Shown in pieces: positions 33,910 to 42,941 of a stretch of DNA of 64,000 nt. The notes beneath the pieces were generated by a model. It saw only the letters and a list, made by a program, of their open reading frames with translations, had not been told where the DNA came from and did no database searches. Both the position numbers and the translations under genes were made by a program. The DNA comes from Pseudomonadota bacterium (GTDB lineage: Bacteria; Myxococcota_A; Polyangia; Polyangiales; JAKSBK01): the NCBI GenBank assembly GCA_022361155.1, contig JAKSBK010000527.1, positions 6,381 through 70,380 of the forward strand, read 5' to 3'. Each line of letters begins with the position of its first letter. Position 1 is the first letter of the stretch.

Positions 33910-36386
33910 GCTCCGCGCTAGCCGTCCGGGATCCGATTCGGAATCCGGGCGGGCGCACGACGGCGCAGTCCGCTAGACAGCAACCGGGGCCTGCGGTGGC
34001 CCGGCGGCGATCGGATGCCCGTCCGGCGGGGCTCTGCCGCCGGACAGGTTTGGCCCCGTGGCTCGCGTGTCTGTTGGTCGTCTTGGATTGGACTGCAGCC
34101 GCCCGGGCCCAACAAGTCGCAAGAGCCGGTGCCCAGCTGGCAGACATCGAAGCCAAGGTAGCCCAGCTGCGCCGCGAACCGATAAGGCGTTCGCAGCTTC
34201 GCAGCCCTACCTATGTCGAGGAACGCCTGGCCGAGGGAGAGCTGCTCTACCGCCTGAGGGACTACGTCCGCGCGAGCGTCTTGTTCACGGATCTGGTGCA
34301 GAACCATGGCGGCCATGCGGCCTACGCGGACGCGTTGTTCCTTCTCGGCGACTCCCTGTTCCTGGCCGGAGATTTGCTCGGCGCCCGACGCCGTTTCACC
34401 CAGCTGCTGGGAAGAAGCGATCAGGCTCCGTTCCGTCCCCATGTGCAGAAGAGCCTGGGGCGATTGATCGAGATAGCGATCCACACCAACGACTTCCGGG
34501 GAGTGGACGAGTATTTCCGGCGCCTGGCACAGATTCCGCCTTCCCAGGTGGAAGCAGCCACTCACTACTTCCGCGGCAAGCTGCTGTACAGCAGGGCCGT
34601 CGCCGGCGATTTCGACCCCGAGGCCGCAGGCAAGGGTGGTGTGGTCGACCAGCCAACACTGGAGCAGGCGCGGCTCGCCTTTGCAGCGGTGGCCCCAAGG
34701 ACCCCGTACGTGGCGCAGGCGCGCTATTTCGTCGGCGTCGTCTACACGCTGCGAGGGCAGTATGCCGCTGCGCTTCGAGCGTTCGGGCAAGTCGTGCGCG
34801 CACCTTCGGAGCGCGATGAAAGACAGGCCAAGATCGAAGAGCTCGCCCAGCTCGCCCTGGGCAGGCTCCACTACGAAACCGGGCAGCTGGACCAGGCGAT
34901 CACAGCCTACCAGCGGGTGAAGCGCACCTCCGATCACTTTGGAACGGCGCTCTTCGAAGTTGCGTGGGTACACATCAAGCGCGGCGACTCGACCGAGGCC
35001 GAGAGGGCGCTCGAGCTGCTGCAGGTGGCGCGTCCGGACAGTCATTACATCCCGGACGCCAAAGTGCTGCGCGGCAATCTGCTGTTGCGGGAAGGACGCT
35101 ACGATGCCGCGACCAAGGCGTTCACCAAGGTCGCCTCCGACTTCGGCCAGGTTCGCAACGAGCTCGATGCGGTGCTGGCACGCCATGCGGATCCGGCCAG
35201 CTACTTCCGCGAGCTCGTGCGGCGCAACATGCGTGCCTTCGATGCGGACGCCTTCCTGCCCCCCATGGCCAGTCGCTGGATGATCGCCGGTCCCGAGATG
35301 AGCCAGGCGCTCGAGGTCCTTACTGATCTCTCGGCCACACGGCAGCTCGCCACGGAAACGAGGCAGATCGCGCTTCGCCTCGACGCGGCGCTCAGGGCGC
35401 CCAATCCCGTCACCATGTTCACCGATCTGCGTCTCTCTCGAGAGCGCTCCGTGGGCCTGCGCAACCGCCTCGCGGCCGTGCGAGCAGTGCTTATCGAACA
35501 GGAGGCTGCGGCCGCGCCGAGCGCCGGGGGCGAGGAGCTAGGCAGGCTGAGGACGCGGCGGCGCGAGCTCGAGCGGCTCCTTGCCGGCTTGCCCAGGCAG
35601 GCCACAGACTTCCGCCGTCGAAACAACCGCGTGCTGCATGGCTACGACGGCCTCGAGCACTCCTTGAGCGAACTCGACGTGGAGTTGCTGGGTCTCAACG
35701 CGCGCGTGACAGCGACCGAACGATTCATCCAAACGGGAGGAGTGCCGGCAGGTGCCGGCGTCGACGCACTTCGCGCCGAGCTCGAACGTCACGCCGACGC
35801 GATCAAGGCGCACCAGGAGCGGGTCAAAGCGCTGCGTGCGCAGGTCGAAGCAGGCAGGCTGCGCGTGGGCGTGGGCGATGAGAGCTACCGCCGGGATGTG
35901 GCCTTGCGTCGCGAGTACCGAGAGTTGGTGGGCCGGGAGCGTGCCTTGCTGGCGCAACACTCTCCCGTGCATCGTGAAATGGACGGGCTGTTCCGGCGGG
36001 TGACGTCCGTGGAGCAGATGCTGGACGCCCACGACGAGATGCTGCGTGTAGTGGTGCAGGAACGCATCGGGGAGATGAGCTCCGTCCTCAACGAGGAGAG
36101 CCAGAATCTGGTGGGCTACCAGGGCCGCATGACCCTGCTCGAGGGAGAAGCCGAGGGGACGGTCGGGGGCGTCGCGCACGCGAGCTTCCACGGTGCGCGC
36201 AAGCGTTTCCACGATCTCGTGCTGCGCGCCGATGTCGGCAAGGTCGACGTCGCCTGGGCTCAGCGGGAGGAACACCGAACCCGCATCGAGATGCTGACGC
36301 GCGAGCGCGCTCGAGAAATCAAAGTGCTGGACGACGAGTTTCGTGAGATCATGGATGAAACCACCGGTAAGGGAGAGGGCTCCTGA
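33906..36386 (+). CDS. 826-aa TPR-repeat protein with a ~400-aa C-terminal coiled coil (unassigned; possibly GltC/NfsC-position)
   Basis: GTG overlaps the upstream stop (GTGA). Signal-like LAPWLACLLVVLDWTAAARA. TPR-like units (ARYFVGVVYTLRGQYAAALRAF, LGRLHYETGQLDQAITAYQRV, VLRGNLLLREGRYDAATKAF). The remainder is Arg/Glu/Leu-rich heptads. Confidence 0.6.
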   Translation: MSSALAVRDPIRNPGGRTTAQSARQQPGPAVARRRSDARPAGLCRRTGLAPWLACLLVVLDWTAAARAQQVARAGAQLADIEAKVAQLRREPIRRSQLRSPTYVEERLAEGELLYRLRDYVRASVLFTDLVQNHGGHAAYADALFLLGDSLFLAGDLLGARRRFTQLLGRSDQAPFRPHVQKSLGRLIEIAIHTNDFRGVDEYFRRLAQIPPSQVEAATHYFRGKLLYSRAVAGDFDPEAAGKGGVVDQPTLEQARLAFAAVAPRTPYVAQARYFVGVVYTLRGQYAAALRAFGQVVRAPSERDERQAKIEELAQLALGRLHYETGQLDQAITAYQRVKRTSDHFGTALFEVAWVHIKRGDSTEAERALELLQVARPDSHYIPDAKVLRGNLLLREGRYDAATKAFTKVASDFGQVRNELDAVLARHADPASYFRELVRRNMRAFDADAFLPPMASRWMIAGPEMSQALEVLTDLSATRQLATETRQIALRLDAALRAPNPVTMFTDLRLSRERSVGLRNRLAAVRAVLIEQEAAAAPSAGGEELGRLRTRRRELERLLAGLPRQATDFRRRNNRVLHGYDGLEHSLSELDVELLGLNARVTATERFIQTGGVPAGAGVDALRAELERHADAIKAHQERVKALRAQVEAGRLRVGVGDESYRRDVALRREYRELVGRERALLAQHSPVHREMDGLFRRVTSVEQMLDAHDEMLRVVVQERIGEMSSVLNEESQNLVGYQGRMTLLEGEAEGTVGGVAHASFHGARKRFHDLVLRADVGKVDVAWAQREEHRTRIEMLTRERAREIKVLDDEFREIMDETTGKGEGS

Positions 36387-39300
36387 TGCTGGTCCCGAGC
36401 ATGCGTTGGATAGGGTTGCTGGTGCCGGTCTTGGCCGTGCCATGGCAGCTCGAGGCGCAGGTCCCGGCGGCGCCGGCCCCACCGGTCTCCTCCGGCAGCC
36501 GGACACCAGCGCGACCGGGTACGGTGGCACCGTCCGCGGCACGGCCGGCCGCTTCGGCGGCTGCGCCGGCCGCGAGAGCCCAGGACGTGCCGTGGGCCGG
36601 AACGAGCGATGTAACCGGGTTGGGAACGCTGCCGACCTTTCTTCAGACGGCAGCAAAGGAAAAGAGCCTCGACCAGCGACCCGATCCCACCCCACAACAA
36701 CTGGCGGCCCTCGAGGAGCTGCAGGCCGAGGTCAAGCACTTCGGGATGGTAGGGAGCGCTTTTCGCGACACCATGGGCACGCTGCTGCGGCGCGATTACA
36801 TGAGGCAGCGGCGCAACCGAGACCTGTCCTTCAAGCGCCAGATCGAACACGAAGAGCACCTTGAAGACGGGGCGCGAGCCAACGCCATCGAGCTGTTCGA
36901 GCGTTTTCTCGGCAGCTACCCGCGGGACCCGAAGTACTCCCCGGACGCCATGTTCAGGCTCGGCGAGTTGTACTTCGAGCGCAGCGCGATTCGCTTCCAA
37001 CGCGAGATGGACGCGTACCTCACCGAACGCGAGCGACTGCAGGAACATGAGCTCAGCGACTCGCATCTGCAAGAGCCGGCCAAGAGCTTCCTGCCGACCA
37101 TCGATCTCTACACCCAGCTGGTCAAGACCTTCCCAGACTACAAGCGTCTGGACGGCGTCTACTATTTGATCGGTTACTGCCTAAACGAAATGGGCAAGCC
37201 CGAGGCTGCGCGCCTGGCCTGGCTTAGCCTGGTATGCAGCAACGAGTTCACTTACAGGGGCGAGCCGGTTGCGGCCAAGCCGGAGCAGCCCGACGACCCC
37301 AGCGCCAAGCAGCATCCCGCACTGACTATGGATGAACCCGAGCCGAAACCGAAGGCTCCCTTCGTCGATCCCTATGCCAAGTGCAATCCAATCGGAAAGG
37401 GCTCGCGATTTTTTGCCGAGTCGTGGCTGCGCATCGGAGAGTACCATTTCGATTACGATTTCTCCGAGCGTGGTCTCGAGCAGGCGATCAGCGCCTACAA
37501 GAAGGTGCTGTCCAGGCCCGAGGACCGCAACTACAATCTGGCGCTGTACAAGGTGGCTTGGGCGCACTACCGCGCCAGTCACTATCCGGAGGCGATCAGT
37601 CACTTCGCGAAGCTCGTACAGTGGTCCGACGATGAACGAAAACGCACTGGAAAGGCGGGCACCGAACTGCGTGCAGAGGCCATTCAGTATCTGGGCATAG
37701 CGTTCGCCTACGACGACTGGAACGAAAACCAAATCGGCGATCCCGCCGAAGGCCTTCCCAGGGGCATCGACCGAGTACAGAATGCCAACTTGCTGGCGCA
37801 GGATCGCCCCTGGACGGCAGAGGTGTACTTTCAGCTTGGGAACATCTACTTCGACGAGGCCAAGTACGCCGATGCGATCGACGTCTGGCGATTGGCACTG
37901 GGACGCTGGCCGCTCCATTATCGAGCCCCCGAAATCCAGAACATGGTTGCGAGGGCCTTCACGCGCGACAACCAAATGGACAAGGCGGTCGACGCGCGGT
38001 CGAAGCTGGCAAGCTATGCCCAAGGCGGTGCCTGGTGGGACGCCAATATGGATCATCCGCGCGAGCAGCGCCAGGCCGAAGAGCTGGCCGAGGACTCGCT
38101 CATCAACACGGCGGTCTACCAACACCAAAAAGCGCAGCGCCTGCGAAGACGCTGCGTCGAACAGAAGGAACCCGACCTGTGCCGGCGCGCGCAGGCCGAG
38201 TACGGGATTGCCGCTCGGGCCTATCGCCAATACATCAAGAACTATCCCAATAACCCGCAGGCGTACGAACTGCAGTACAACCTCGCCGACGCGCTCTACT
38301 GGTCCGAAAACTACGAGTCGGCGGCCCGGGAGTACGCGGCAGTACGTGATTCGAATCTGGACGACACGTACCTATCGGTTTCGGCTCGATTGGTGGTCGA
38401 AGCGAACAAGCGGCTGATCGAGCAGGCAGAGCGAGCAGGTCAGCTGCAGCTTCGTTCGAAGCCGCCCGATCCCCAGGGTGCTCCACCTTCCATGCGCCCC
38501 GCGCCGATGCCCCAATTGATCCAGCGACTGGCACAAGCGCGAGAAATCTACCGCGCTCGCGTCCAGCCAGCGCAAGACAAGGAGGGCGTGCGCGAGTCCT
38601 ATCGGTACAACAACGCCCTGCTTCTTTACCAGTACGGCTACTGGACGCACGCCAAGCAGCGCCTGCGCACGATCTTCGACGAGCGCTGTGTTGGCCCCGA
38701 CGCAAACGAAACCGGACGAGTCGCGTGGCTCAATCTGCGCAACATGGCCGTGGCGCTGCAGGACAACAACGAGGTGCGGCGTCTGGGTCAGGAGCTGAGC
38801 CAGCGGCAATGCACGTTTGCGGCCAGCGGGATGCGCCGGCAGATCAACTGCGCGGATCCTGCAAACCAAGAGGAGCCGCAGTGTCTTGCCGGCGCTGACC
38901 TGACGAACCTCCGCTACCAGGATGCGGTACGCATCTTTGCGCAGGCCGAACAGACCGCTGGCGACGAACAGCGACACCTTTACGAAAAAGCGGCCACCGA
39001 GCTGGTCAAGGCGGTGAACGCTGAGCCGAATCACCCGCAGGCTCCTTTGGCCCTGGAGAAGGCGGCGATCGCTTTGGAGCGCACGAGCCGCTTCGAGTCC
39101 GCAGGGAGGCTGTACCAGCGCATTATCGACGAGGTAGGTCCCCGCAAGGGCAAGGACGGCCAGGAGCAGGCCTCGCTCGACGCCATCCTGGGCAACGCCT
39201 ACTTTCGAATGGCATTCAATGCAAACCGGTTCTTCGACTACGAGCGAGCCGTCGACAACTACCGATTGCTCGCAGACTCGCCACGTTTCGCCAGCTCCCA

Positions 39301-40348
39301 GGTGCCGGAAACGCTGGAGCGTCGCGAGGGAGCCCTGATCAACGCTGCGAAGATCCTGGAGTACCAACAACAGTATTCACGCGCAGCGGAGTACTACCGT
39401 CGTGCAGCCGAGATGCTACGGGACCCGAAAGAGCAACGCGTGGCGCGGTATCGCGTCGCAGAGATGTCGTACAAGCAGCAGCGTTACGGCTATGTGATAC
39501 GCAACATGCGAGCCTTCATCGAACGCTATCGGCGGGATAGGGACGCTGGTGAGCTCGTGGTGCAGGCCTATTGGCGCATCGCGGAAGCTCGCAAGGCACT
39601 CGCGCAGAAAGTGAAAGACCAGCGGCGCGCCCTGGAAGATGTCGCGGCCTTTTTCGCGCAGTCGGGCCAGGCTCCAGGCTCCTTCGCGGCCGAGTACGCT
39701 GCGCAGGCCAGGTTTCTTCTCGTCGATCGCGGCAGCGTCGAGTTCGAGCAGTTCGCGATCAAGCCTGGAGCTCCCCGAACGCTCGAGCGCTACGTCAAGA
39801 GTGTCATGGCACAGATAAAATCCGGGGGCGAAGAAGCCAAGCGCCGGGCGGAAGCCTACAACACCGTTCCCGGCTATCGCCGGCCGCTCTGGACCATCGC
39901 CGCCTTCGTTCGTCAGGGAAGGATCTACGAGGTGTTGGCTCGGGGTGTGCTCAACACGCCGTTCGTCATGCCCCAGGATCTCAAGAAGAAGATCCGACGC
40001 GCTCCCGCAGACCTCAAGGACGAGGTACGTGCACAGGTGGAAGACCGCATTCGCCAGGTCCTGGATGCGCAGGTGCGCCCCATCGAATGCCTCGCCGTAG
40101 CACGCTACGCCCTGGCTGCTCGAGCTGCACGCGCCGGAAATATCGACAACAAATACACCCGCTCGGCCATCGATCGCATCAATGCCTACGGTGATGAGCG
40201 CATTGCCGAATGCGTGGCGGAGGCTGCTGCGCGCGATCCTTCGTTTGCCCAGTACGCGCCTGGAGAGTTTTCTCGAGCGCCACGCGGTCGCAACCTCGGG
40301 ATCCGGGTTGGTGTCTCGCCGCCAGCGTTTGCACGAGGCCAACGATGA
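36386..40348 (+). CDS. 1320-aa periplasmic TPR-repeat protein, GltD(AgmU)/NfsD-like
   Basis: ATG overlaps the upstream stop by 1 nt (TGATG); signal peptide. Many YbgF/BamD-type TPRs (YPRDPKYSPDAMFRLGELYFERS, YYLIGYCLNEMGKPEAARLAW, ALYKVAWAHYRASHYPEAISHF). Size and gene order match GltD/NfsD as I recall them. Confidence 0.6.
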   Translation: MLVPSMRWIGLLVPVLAVPWQLEAQVPAAPAPPVSSGSRTPARPGTVAPSAARPAASAAAPAARAQDVPWAGTSDVTGLGTLPTFLQTAAKEKSLDQRPDPTPQQLAALEELQAEVKHFGMVGSAFRDTMGTLLRRDYMRQRRNRDLSFKRQIEHEEHLEDGARANAIELFERFLGSYPRDPKYSPDAMFRLGELYFERSAIRFQREMDAYLTERERLQEHELSDSHLQEPAKSFLPTIDLYTQLVKTFPDYKRLDGVYYLIGYCLNEMGKPEAARLAWLSLVCSNEFTYRGEPVAAKPEQPDDPSAKQHPALTMDEPEPKPKAPFVDPYAKCNPIGKGSRFFAESWLRIGEYHFDYDFSERGLEQAISAYKKVLSRPEDRNYNLALYKVAWAHYRASHYPEAISHFAKLVQWSDDERKRTGKAGTELRAEAIQYLGIAFAYDDWNENQIGDPAEGLPRGIDRVQNANLLAQDRPWTAEVYFQLGNIYFDEAKYADAIDVWRLALGRWPLHYRAPEIQNMVARAFTRDNQMDKAVDARSKLASYAQGGAWWDANMDHPREQRQAEELAEDSLINTAVYQHQKAQRLRRRCVEQKEPDLCRRAQAEYGIAARAYRQYIKNYPNNPQAYELQYNLADALYWSENYESAAREYAAVRDSNLDDTYLSVSARLVVEANKRLIEQAERAGQLQLRSKPPDPQGAPPSMRPAPMPQLIQRLAQAREIYRARVQPAQDKEGVRESYRYNNALLLYQYGYWTHAKQRLRTIFDERCVGPDANETGRVAWLNLRNMAVALQDNNEVRRLGQELSQRQCTFAASGMRRQINCADPANQEEPQCLAGADLTNLRYQDAVRIFAQAEQTAGDEQRHLYEKAATELVKAVNAEPNHPQAPLALEKAAIALERTSRFESAGRLYQRIIDEVGPRKGKDGQEQASLDAILGNAYFRMAFNANRFFDYERAVDNYRLLADSPRFASSQVPETLERREGALINAAKILEYQQQYSRAAEYYRRAAEMLRDPKEQRVARYRVAEMSYKQQRYGYVIRNMRAFIERYRRDRDAGELVVQAYWRIAEARKALAQKVKDQRRALEDVAAFFAQSGQAPGSFAAEYAAQARFLLVDRGSVEFEQFAIKPGAPRTLERYVKSVMAQIKSGGEEAKRRAEAYNTVPGYRRPLWTIAAFVRQGRIYEVLARGVLNTPFVMPQDLKKKIRRAPADLKDEVRAQVEDRIRQVLDAQVRPIECLAVARYALAARAARAGNIDNKYTRSAIDRINAYGDERIAECVAEAAARDPSFAQYAPGEFSRAPRGRNLGIRVGVSPPAFARGQR

Positions 40349-41910
40349 GATGCCGCGCTGCCGGAACCGCCGCACACCTGCGCCACGACGATCACGCGGG
40401 CGGGTTCGGCCGGCGGGGGGCTTGTGGGCGCTGGAGCAGCCTCGGCTCGGCCGGCTTGAGCGTGTGGCTGGTCCTGGGCTGCGGGGGCGGCAGCGCGGAT
40501 CGGCCTCGCGTTGCCAGGGCCCCAACCAGTGCGCCGCGGCCTGCGGTGGCGCGCGCAACGCAGGTGCCAATGCCTGCCCCGCACCCACCGCCGGAGCCGG
40601 TCGCGGTCTCGCCATCGCCAAAGACCCCTGCTCCGGCGGAGGCGAGCAGCAAGCCGAGCCCGTGGGGGGACCCGGAGCAGGAAACTGGCCGGCCGCTGCC
40701 GCCGCGACGGGCTCTTACCACCGCAGGAGGACAGCTGCTCGACCAGGCGATGGCCGCGGCCGATGCCGGCGACGTCAACACCGCGCGCCTGACGCTGGAG
40801 CGGGCGCTGCAAGCCGATCCGAACTCACCAAAGCTCGCCTACAACCTGGGCGTGCTGGCTGACCGGTCCGGTCAAGAAAACCAGGCGCTACAGTACTACC
40901 GGCGTGCCCTGCAGGTACAACCCGACTACGAGAAGGCAGCAGAGGGCATCGTGCGGTTCTATCTCAGGCGCGGCGCGGTGAGAGAGGCGGTCGCCTTCAT
41001 GGCGCCGCTCGCAAGCTCCTGGGTGCGCAACCTGTATCTGCAAGCACTCTACTCCTCGCTGCTCACGCGTGCCGGCCGACTCGACGAAGCGGAAGCGGCC
41101 GCACGCAAGGCCCTGAGGCGTGACGAGCGCTTCGTGCCTGCCATGATCGCGCTGTTGAAGGCTGCCCGCGCTCGCGGCCGCGCCGAGCTGGCCGACTCGA
41201 TGCTGCAGCAGGCCATGGGCGTAACCGACCAGGACGCGGAGCTGCACTTCCTGCTGGGCGCGAAGTACAAGAAGGACGGGCGGCTTGCGGATGCACTGAA
41301 AGCGTTTCGCAAGGCCGTGGAGCTGCGACCCGACTACCCCGAGGCCCGCATGGAGCTTGGCCTCCAGTACATGGCGGGTGGCAACTACTCGCAAGCACTC
41401 GCGGAGTTCGAGCACTTGGTTAGGCTGACCCCAGGCGTTGCAGCCGTTCATCTCAACCTGGGAGACGCGTACCGGTCCACGAAGCAGTGGCAATTGGCGA
41501 AGGCCTCTTTCGATGAAGCGCTCCGCCTGCAGCCCAATCTGCCGGAGGTGCATTTCAATCTGGCGCTCATGTACATGTCGGCCGGAGCAGACTATCCAGG
41601 CCTCGATCAGCTGACCGCACTGCGCCAGGCCGTGAGCGAATTCACGAACTACCGGCACATGAAGGGGCCAAGTTTGAGTCGAGACGACCCGTCCGAGGGT
41701 TATCTGCAGGATCTTCAACGAGGTATCGAGCGGGAGCAGCGCAGGATCGAACGGGAAAAGAAGCGCAAACAGCGCGAGACCGAGCGCGCCGCGCGCCGGG
41801 CGCCGAGTGGGCAGCCCACGCAGGGGGCCGCCGCCGACCAAGAGCCGACCCCGGCATCCGTGCCCGCGCCGACGCAACAAGCTCCGACGCAACAAGGAGG
41901 CCAGCAGTGA
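40345..41910 (+). CDS. TPR-repeat lipoprotein, GltE(AglT)/NfsE-like
   Basis: ATG overlaps the upstream stop (ATGA); lipobox LVLGCGGGS; Pro/Ala-rich linker; 7-8 canonical TPRs (AYNLGVLADRSGQENQALQYYRRALQVQPDY ... HFNLALMYM); basic/acidic tail. Confidence 0.6.
   Translation: MRCRAAGTAAHLRHDDHAGGFGRRGACGRWSSLGSAGLSVWLVLGCGGGSADRPRVARAPTSAPRPAVARATQVPMPAPHPPPEPVAVSPSPKTPAPAEASSKPSPWGDPEQETGRPLPPRRALTTAGGQLLDQAMAAADAGDVNTARLTLERALQADPNSPKLAYNLGVLADRSGQENQALQYYRRALQVQPDYEKAAEGIVRFYLRRGAVREAVAFMAPLASSWVRNLYLQALYSSLLTRAGRLDEAEAAARKALRRDERFVPAMIALLKAARARGRAELADSMLQQAMGVTDQDAELHFLLGAKYKKDGRLADALKAFRKAVELRPDYPEARMELGLQYMAGGNYSQALAEFEHLVRLTPGVAAVHLNLGDAYRSTKQWQLAKASFDEALRLQPNLPEVHFNLALMYMSAGADYPGLDQLTALRQAVSEFTNYRHMKGPSLSRDDPSEGYLQDLQRGIEREQRRIEREKKRKQRETERAARRAPSGQPTQGAAADQEPTPASVPAPTQQAPTQQGGQQ
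40555..40569 (-). promoter_or_regulatory. Perfect sigma54 -24/-12 consensus (TGGCAC-CTGCG-TTGC) antisense inside the GltE-like gene
   Basis: Plus strand gcaacgcaggtgcca; reverse complement tggcacctgcgttgc. It points across the 40345-40348 gene junction. Confidence 0.25.
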
Positions 41911-42173
41911 GCATCCGTGGCGCCGTGTTTTTGCTGCTTTGCGCGCTTTGGCTCGGCTCGCTCGTGGTAGCGACGACGGGGCAGGCCCAGCGCAAGCGTC
42001 GCCAGGCGGCTCCCAAGGTGATTCAGCTGGAGGAGATTCGCATCGAGGGACGCGTTCAAAAGCCCAATGCGTTCTACATCCTCAACCGCTCTAGCCTGGG
42101 CTACGAGGTGGTCGATCTGAGCGCGTCGTTCCTCAAAGATGTGGTGCGCGCAGTGAAGCGCGATCCGTTTTGA
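41907..42173 (+). CDS. 88-aa signal-anchored protein at the GltF/NfsF position
   Basis: GTG overlaps the upstream stop (GTGA); N-terminal AVFLLLCALWLGSLVVA. No domain recognised. Confidence 0.5.
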   Translation: MSIRGAVFLLLCALWLGSLVVATTGQAQRKRRQAAPKVIQLEEIRIEGRVQKPNAFYILNRSSLGYEVVDLSASFLKDVVRAVKRDPF

Positions 42174-42757
42174 CGCCCTACAACGTCGCGCAGCTGGTCG
42201 TGGCGGCCGTCGTGTGCGGCACGGTGGTCCAGCGTTTGCTCGTGATTCTGTATCGGGCGCCGATCGAGCTTGAGCCCTACCTGAACCGCCTCGGCGGGCG
42301 GCTGGGCGAGGGGGATCTCGAGGGCGCCAAGACGCTGGCCGAGGCAGGGGGAAGCAGCTGGGTGGCACTGTTGGCGGGCGCGATGGTCAGGGCCAAGATG
42401 GCCGGAGAGGACCCAGGGGCAGCGCGCGACTCCGTCTGGGCCGAGCTGCGCGACGAGGGAGGCAAGGGCCTGCACGCCATCCGAGGCCTAAGCAGCATTG
42501 CGTCCGCAATCGGCCTTCTTGGAGTCATCGTCGAGTTCAGGCATGTGTATTCCGCCGACGGCGACTCCGCGCTGCCGGCAAGCGGCCTGCAGGCACAAGC
42601 TCTTCAGCACGCAGCCGTGACGATGGCACTAGGGCTCGTGACCTCTCTGGTCGGTTACAGCGCGTTGCGCGTTCTGCGACGTCACCTGAGGCGCCTGGCC
42701 CAGGACTTGAAGCGCGCGGCACGCAGTCTCGACGAGCAACTCGTGCTCGAGCGGTGA
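42170..42757 (+). CDS. MotA/TolQ/ExbB-like 3-TM protein (short, divergent)
   Basis: TTG overlaps the upstream stop (TTGA). Topology is TM1 (VAQLVVAAVVCGTVVQRLLVILY), a ~95-aa loop, TM2 (LSSIASAIGLLGVIVEF) and TM3 (AAVTMALGLVTSLVGYSAL), as in TolQ/ExbB/AglR. Confidence 0.5.
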   Translation: MTPYNVAQLVVAAVVCGTVVQRLLVILYRAPIELEPYLNRLGGRLGEGDLEGAKTLAEAGGSSWVALLAGAMVRAKMAGEDPGAARDSVWAELRDEGGKGLHAIRGLSSIASAIGLLGVIVEFRHVYSADGDSALPASGLQAQALQHAAVTMALGLVTSLVGYSALRVLRRHLRRLAQDLKRAARSLDEQLVLER

Positions 42758-42941
42758 GAAAATGTCGGGCGATCTCGGGATTCGTAGGCACGACCGAGAG
42801 GGTTGGGGTGCGACGCCTGCGTGAAGATTGTGGACCCGCTTTTTCAGGACGTGTACTGTTGGTCGAGCCCGGTGCGACTCGCGTTCGGCCTCGGCGGCGC
42901 CGTGGCGTCCTCAGCTGGGGGCCGATACGGGGAGCGACCCG

